Assembly: GCA_020346745.1 (NCBI GenBank)
Contig: CP070787.1
Coordinates: 2,104,174 to 2,156,850 of the forward strand
DNA from: Fidelibacterota bacterium
Lineage (GTDB): Bacteria; Fidelibacterota; Marinisomatia; SCGC-AAA003-L08; TS1B11
Length of the DNA stretch: 52,677 bases
Direction: 5' to 3'
Part shown: positions 48,658 through 52,677 of the stretch, in pieces
How positions within the stretch are numbered: the first letter of the stretch is position 1
Layout of the letters: every line of letters begins with the position of its first letter
Notes under the pieces: model-generated
Databases searched by the model: none
Seen by the model: only the letters and a program-made list of their open reading frames with translations
Told to the model about the DNA's origin: nothing
Translations under genes and position numbers: made by a program

Positions 48658-48720
48658 AAACAGGTTGGCGTACAAGCTTTTTTTTACTTTATTTTCTATA
48701 ATCGGAGAATTCTGCGTCGG

Positions 48721-50148
48721 TCATTGGTGAGAAGACGCCAGGATCTCGTCCTTGATCGCATACAAGTGGGCTAAGGCTGCCTCGTGAGTATTCTCGATTT
48801 GGCCTTCCAGGATAGCCTCCTCAATGGCCGTTTTCAGCCTTCCTACCAGCGGGCCCGGTTCAAGGCTGCACACCGCCATAATCTCTTCACCCCGCACAGG
48901 CGATTGAAACGCGCGCATCTCGTCCCTTATTACTACGTCGGCCATGAGCGCTTCCACCCGCTCGAAATTGGCCATGTAGCGGGTCTGCCGGATGACTTGC
49001 TTGGTGGTGATATCGGCCCGGCAGAGGATCATCAGATCATCCACATCCTCTCCAGCCTCCCGCATGACACGCCTCACCGCGCTGTCGGTGACACCTTCCT
49101 TGGCCAGAGCGATGGGACGCAGATGCAGCCGGGTGAGCTTCATTAAATAATCACGCAGCTCATTCGAGAAGCGCATACGTCGTGCTATTTCCCGCAGCAT
49201 TTTACGGCCCACCTCCTCATGGTGGTGAAAGGTCCAGCCCCGTTCCTCATCGTATCTCTTGGTGCGCGGTTTGCCGATATCGTGCACTAAGGCGGCGAAC
49301 CGCAAAGCTGTATTAGGACTGGCTGCCGCGGCGTTATCCACCACCTGCATCGTGTGGCTGAAAACATCCTTGTGGCCACGACCATCCCGTACCTCTGCAC
49401 CTGAAAGGGCATCCAACTCGGGAAACACAGCACCCAATAATCCAGTCTCCTTTAAGATGATAAATGCCACACTTGGCCGCTCTGCCGTCAGCATCTTCAT
49501 GATCTCTTCCGTGATCCGCTCACGGCTTACAATGGCGATGCGTTCCTTCTGCCGCGTGATACTATCCACACACTCCGGTACGATCATATACCCTAACTGG
49601 GCTGCGAACCGGGCGGCACGCAGCATCCGCAGCGGGTCGTCACTGAAAGTGGTATCAGGATTCAGCGGCGTGCGCAGTATACCCCGTCTCAAATCCTGCA
49701 TACCACTGAAGGGATCAATCAACACACCATAGGTATCGGGATGGATCGAAGCAGCCAGGGTATTGATGGTAAAATCCCGGCGGGCAAGATCAGATTCGAT
49801 AGTACCCGCTTGGACATGGGGCTTGCGTGAGTCCGGATCGTAACTCTCGGTCCTGGCGGTGGCCACCTCCACCTGAATCCCCTCTAGAGGCACCAAAGCG
49901 GTGCCAAACTCCGGAAAAGGCACCACACGGTTCACTCCGAGGCTGGAACCCAGGGCCTCGGCAAAGGCAATGCCGTCGCCTTCGACAACCAGATCGATGT
50001 CCTGATTCTCCCGCCCCAGAAACAGGTCCCGCACGTACCCCCCCACTAGGTACAGGCCAAGCTCCTTCTCCCGGCCTAGCTCACTGGCCTTCGCCAGGAT
50101 AGACTGGTGCTCCGAACGCGATTGTATTAGGTCGGTGATCTTACTCAC
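48721..50148 (-). CDS. cca: CCA-adding enzyme / poly(A) polymerase-family tRNA nucleotidyltransferase with HD domain
   Basis: GGYVRDLFLGRENQDIDLVV, RDFTINTLA, and HD region LVHDIGKP. Confidence 0.85.
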   Translation of the reverse strand: MSKITDLIQSRSEHQSILAKASELGREKELGLYLVGGYVRDLFLGRENQDIDLVVEGDGIAFAEALGSSLGVNRVVPFPEFGTALVPLEGIQVEVATARTESYDPDSRKPHVQAGTIESDLARRDFTINTLAASIHPDTYGVLIDPFSGMQDLRRGILRTPLNPDTTFSDDPLRMLRAARFAAQLGYMIVPECVDSITRQKERIAIVSRERITEEIMKMLTAERPSVAFIILKETGLLGAVFPELDALSGAEVRDGRGHKDVFSHTMQVVDNAAAASPNTALRFAALVHDIGKPRTKRYDEERGWTFHHHEEVGRKMLREIARRMRFSNELRDYLMKLTRLHLRPIALAKEGVTDSAVRRVMREAGEDVDDLMILCRADITTKQVIRQTRYMANFERVEALMADVVIRDEMRAFQSPVRGEEIMAVCSLEPGPLVGRLKTAIEEAILEGQIENTHEAALAHLYAIKDEILASSHQ

Positions 50149-50251
50149 AACGCAGCAAAGCTAACAGAAATGGTAGGCACAATCCAAGGTATGCACTTCA
50201 ACACGTCCCGGTTGCTACGCACCCATTCCCACGACTAACCCAGGACTATAC

Positions 50252-50296
50252 TTGCGCTGTTATGCAATTAATAGTTAAACTTGCACGGTTATGCAA
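50252..50296 (+). promoter_or_regulatory. Tandem candidate ArsR operators
   Basis: TTGCGCTGTTATGCAA (50252-50267) and TTGCACGGTTATGCAA (50281-50296). Each has TTGCA/TGCAA-type inverted ends, and with flanks they match 15 of 18 positions. The second overlaps the arsR ATG (50291). Confidence 0.5.
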
Positions 50297-50683
50297 ATAT
50301 CTTCCAGACCTACGCCGACTGCCCAGCTTGACGAAACCGAGCTGGACATCGACACGCTGGCCGATATATTCAAAGCCCTGAGCGACCCGAATCGGCTGCG
50401 AATCGTATTTGCACTCCTGGGTGCAGAGCAGGGACAAAACGTCGGCCAGACCGCCGGTTGCTGTGAGATAGACCTATCCGTGGTATCCCGCCACTTGAGC
50501 ATTCTCCGGCGATCTGGCATTCTCACCAGGGAAAAGCAAGGCAAACAGGTGATCTACCGCGTCGATCAGACAAATCTACCTATCGCTCTACGCACCATGG
50601 CTGATACAGTGGAGTCCTGCTGCCAGCCATCCGCCGGTAAACCTGATACAAATGGAGAATCTACAAGTGAAGCCAGAGAATGA
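50291..50683 (+). CDS. arsR: ArsR/SmtB-family metalloregulator
   Basis: LADIFKALSDPNRLRIVFALL, a Cys pair in the sensing helix (GCCEIDLSVVSRHLSIL), and a second C-terminal CC. Confidence 0.85.
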   Translation: MQISSRPTPTAQLDETELDIDTLADIFKALSDPNRLRIVFALLGAEQGQNVGQTAGCCEIDLSVVSRHLSILRRSGILTREKQGKQVIYRVDQTNLPIALRTMADTVESCCQPSAGKPDTNGESTSEARE

Positions 50684-51518
50684 AATACGCTCACAAGTAC
50701 AGAAAGCATACGGCGAAGCCATTACTCAGACCGCCTGCTGCGGTGGTGCATCCCCCGGCAGCTATGCCCAAGCCATTGGCTATTCGCCGGCGGAGACAAC
50801 CTCGGCAGGTGCAGAGGTGGCCGGCGCTTCCATGGGTTGCGGGAATCCCCTGTCTTTCAGCGAAGTGCAGGCCGGTGAGACTGTCCTTGATCTCGGCTCC
50901 GGTGCCGGCTTCGACCTGCTGATCGCCGCCGAAAAAGTCGGTCCAGAGGGTCAGGTCATCGGGGTAGACATGACACCCGAGATGCTCGCCACCGCTCAGG
51001 CCAACGTCGCGGCCTCCGGCTATCAGAATATTGACCTGCGCCAGGGCATCATCGAGAATCTCCCCGTGGATGATGCATCGGTGGACTGGGTGATCTCCAA
51101 CTGCGTCATCAACCTCTCGCCGGAGAAAGAGCGGGTATTCGGCGAGATTTCCAGGGTACTCAAACCGGGTGGCCGGTTCAGTATCAGTGACATTGTCGTC
51201 GCCGATTTTCCGGATACTCTCCGCGACAATCCCATCCTGTACAACTCGTGTATTGCCGGGGCGATCAGTGAGGAGGAGTACCTGGCGGGATTGGAAACAG
51301 CAGGCCTGGCGAAGGTGAAGGTCAACATGCGCGCCGAGTTCACAGCTGAGCTTTTATTTAGCGATAGCCCAAGCGACTTCTTCAACACAACTAGCCCGGA
51401 TTGCTGTGGGGCTTCAACCGCTGACACTCAGCAGAACCTGGAACTATTCATCAAGGAACTGCAGGGTAAGGTGCAGAGTTTGAACTTCGTGGGACAAAAA
51501 CCACAGCAGGGCGGCTGA
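50652..51518 (+). CDS. arsM: Arsenite S-adenosylmethionine methyltransferase
   Basis: Conserved cysteines in their usual contexts: TACCGG, GCGNP, SNCVINL, NSCIAGA. SAM motif VLDLGSGAGFD. Confidence 0.88.
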   Translation: MENLQVKPENEIRSQVQKAYGEAITQTACCGGASPGSYAQAIGYSPAETTSAGAEVAGASMGCGNPLSFSEVQAGETVLDLGSGAGFDLLIAAEKVGPEGQVIGVDMTPEMLATAQANVAASGYQNIDLRQGIIENLPVDDASVDWVISNCVINLSPEKERVFGEISRVLKPGGRFSISDIVVADFPDTLRDNPILYNSCIAGAISEEEYLAGLETAGLAKVKVNMRAEFTAELLFSDSPSDFFNTTSPDCCGASTADTQQNLELFIKELQGKVQSLNFVGQKPQQGG

Positions 51519-51593
51519 TACGGGACCAAGACCCGGGGCGCTTAAACCGACTCTTTCCTTGGCAATGGCGCCGGAAGGCTCTATCTTAGGCCT

Positions 51594-52445
51594 ATGATGA
51601 AGAATCTATCGATTATACTGATAATCCTAACAGGCTTTCTACACGCACAATTTGCTGAGGTGACGGTCCAGACGGAAGTCCAGCGGCTGAATGACAGGGA
51701 GCGCCAGGAACTCCAGGGACTGGAAGACGCCATCAGCCAATTCTTTACGAGCTCGCCTTGGGAAGATGAGGTCGCTGATTTGGAGATGTTTCTGGACATC
51801 CAATTCGTATTCCAATCCACCATTTCCATCGGCAATGAGACCTACTACCAGGCCCAGGTGGTTCTCAGCAATCGTCAGGACCAGCGGTTCTTTATCAAGG
51901 ACGCTAATTTTCCCTATTCACCGGGGAGATCAGTAAACCTGACACCGGCGTTCGATCCCTTGGCCTCGCTCCTGGAGTTCTATGCCTACCTGCTCATCGC
52001 CGGAGAGCTGGATACGTACGAGCTGCTGGCCGGCTCACCCTACTACACCAAGGCAAAATCGCTGGCGACTCTGGGGGAGAACGATCCGCACGTGAACCGC
52101 GGGTGGACCGACCGGATCCGCCTGGCTGAACGCCTGGCCGCCAACCAGGACCTGCGCCGGGCTAAAACCCACTTCTACCAGGCCCTGGACATGCTCGCGG
52201 AAGAAGAGCCGGCCCTTGATGAACTGCGCGCCGCTCTCAGCCAGTTCTACAAGTCCATAAATGCCGTGGTTACCCGGGAAGGCCAGGACCGCCATATGTC
52301 GGTCTTCTTATCGGGACACGCCGAGGAGGTAGCCGAGATGATGGCGCTGGCCGGGATGTGGAACGAACTGGCCGAAATGATGATCCTAAATCCGGACAGC
52401 GAGCGGATCTACCGGAGCTACCTGGAGGGCGGCAGCTCCAAGTAG
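51594..52445 (+). CDS. DUF4835/PorD-like secreted protein (T9SS-associated family)
   Basis: Signal MMKNLSIILIILTGFLHAQ. The family call rests on my recollection of conserved segments (FPYSPGRSV, LLEFYAYLLIAGELD). Confidence 0.55.
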   Translation: MMKNLSIILIILTGFLHAQFAEVTVQTEVQRLNDRERQELQGLEDAISQFFTSSPWEDEVADLEMFLDIQFVFQSTISIGNETYYQAQVVLSNRQDQRFFIKDANFPYSPGRSVNLTPAFDPLASLLEFYAYLLIAGELDTYELLAGSPYYTKAKSLATLGENDPHVNRGWTDRIRLAERLAANQDLRRAKTHFYQALDMLAEEEPALDELRAALSQFYKSINAVVTREGQDRHMSVFLSGHAEEVAEMMALAGMWNELAEMMILNPDSERIYRSYLEGGSSK

Positions 52446-52602
52446 AAGCAGTTCCCGGTGGTGTTCCACACCACTGCTATTACTTCAGGCAGCTGAATGA
52501 TACCCATGCCACGGGCGTATTTATTTCCGGATCCCCAGACGGGCTAATCACCTCTGCTTTACCAGTTATAACCAAGCAGCCGCGCAGCTCCCCTGCCAAT
52601 CT

Positions 52603-52677
52603 TTAGAGCGGCGGCAGCGTCTGGAGCGCTTTCTTCACCTCCCGGGCCGGCAGGAAGACCTCATCGGCATCGGCCCA
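52603..52677 (-). CDS. Last 24 codons of an unidentified CDS entering from the right edge
   Basis: An open minus-strand frame, WADADEVFLPAREVKKALQTLPPL, then TAA at 52603-52605. Too short to identify. Confidence 0.3.
   Translation of the reverse strand, partial: WADADEVFLPAREVKKALQTLPPL

Overview
The window is 52.7 kb of chromosome from a diderm bacterium. I place it near the FCB superphylum by inference only: it has an LpxC-FabZ fusion, a T9SS-type C-terminal sorting domain, a DUF4835/PorD-like gene, and split MacB-type pumps. Coding density is about 93%, and about 80% of genes are on the minus strand. I found no rRNA, tRNA, CRISPR array, integrase or transposase.

Most of the window is core envelope biogenesis:
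- Island 1 (1-6097): lpxC-fabZ, lpxD, skp, bamA, uppS.
- Island 2 (27450-38128): gatC-kdsB-pyrG-kdsA-kdsC-kdsD-lptC-lptB-rpoN, followed by hslVU and argF.

Housekeeping and metabolic genes lie between the islands: mrp, ferredoxin, ackA, hbd, a nudix gene, tgt, lpxH, a CCA-adding enzyme.

Several modules are not explained by standard pathways:
1. An orphan pair of BMC-H microcompartment shell genes. One carries a SAP/Rho-N-like tail. No vertex protein or cargo enzyme occurs anywhere in the window.
2. A 1057-aa Omp85 barrel fused to an HExxH peptidase and a TolB-like propeller.
3. An lpxH-linked operon of a HEAT lipoprotein, a secreted protein and an esterase-TPR protein.
4. A small T9SS-sorted CxxCH protein.
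5. A GntR-ABC-CPBP protease module next to a Yip1 protein and a TolC/MFP/MacB pump.
6. A MauE/DoxX-thioredoxin fusion inside an MFS-nitrilase-PhzF operon.
7. A 517-bp hairpin-rich non-coding gap.

All functional calls come from motif recognition in the translated ORFs. No database search was run.
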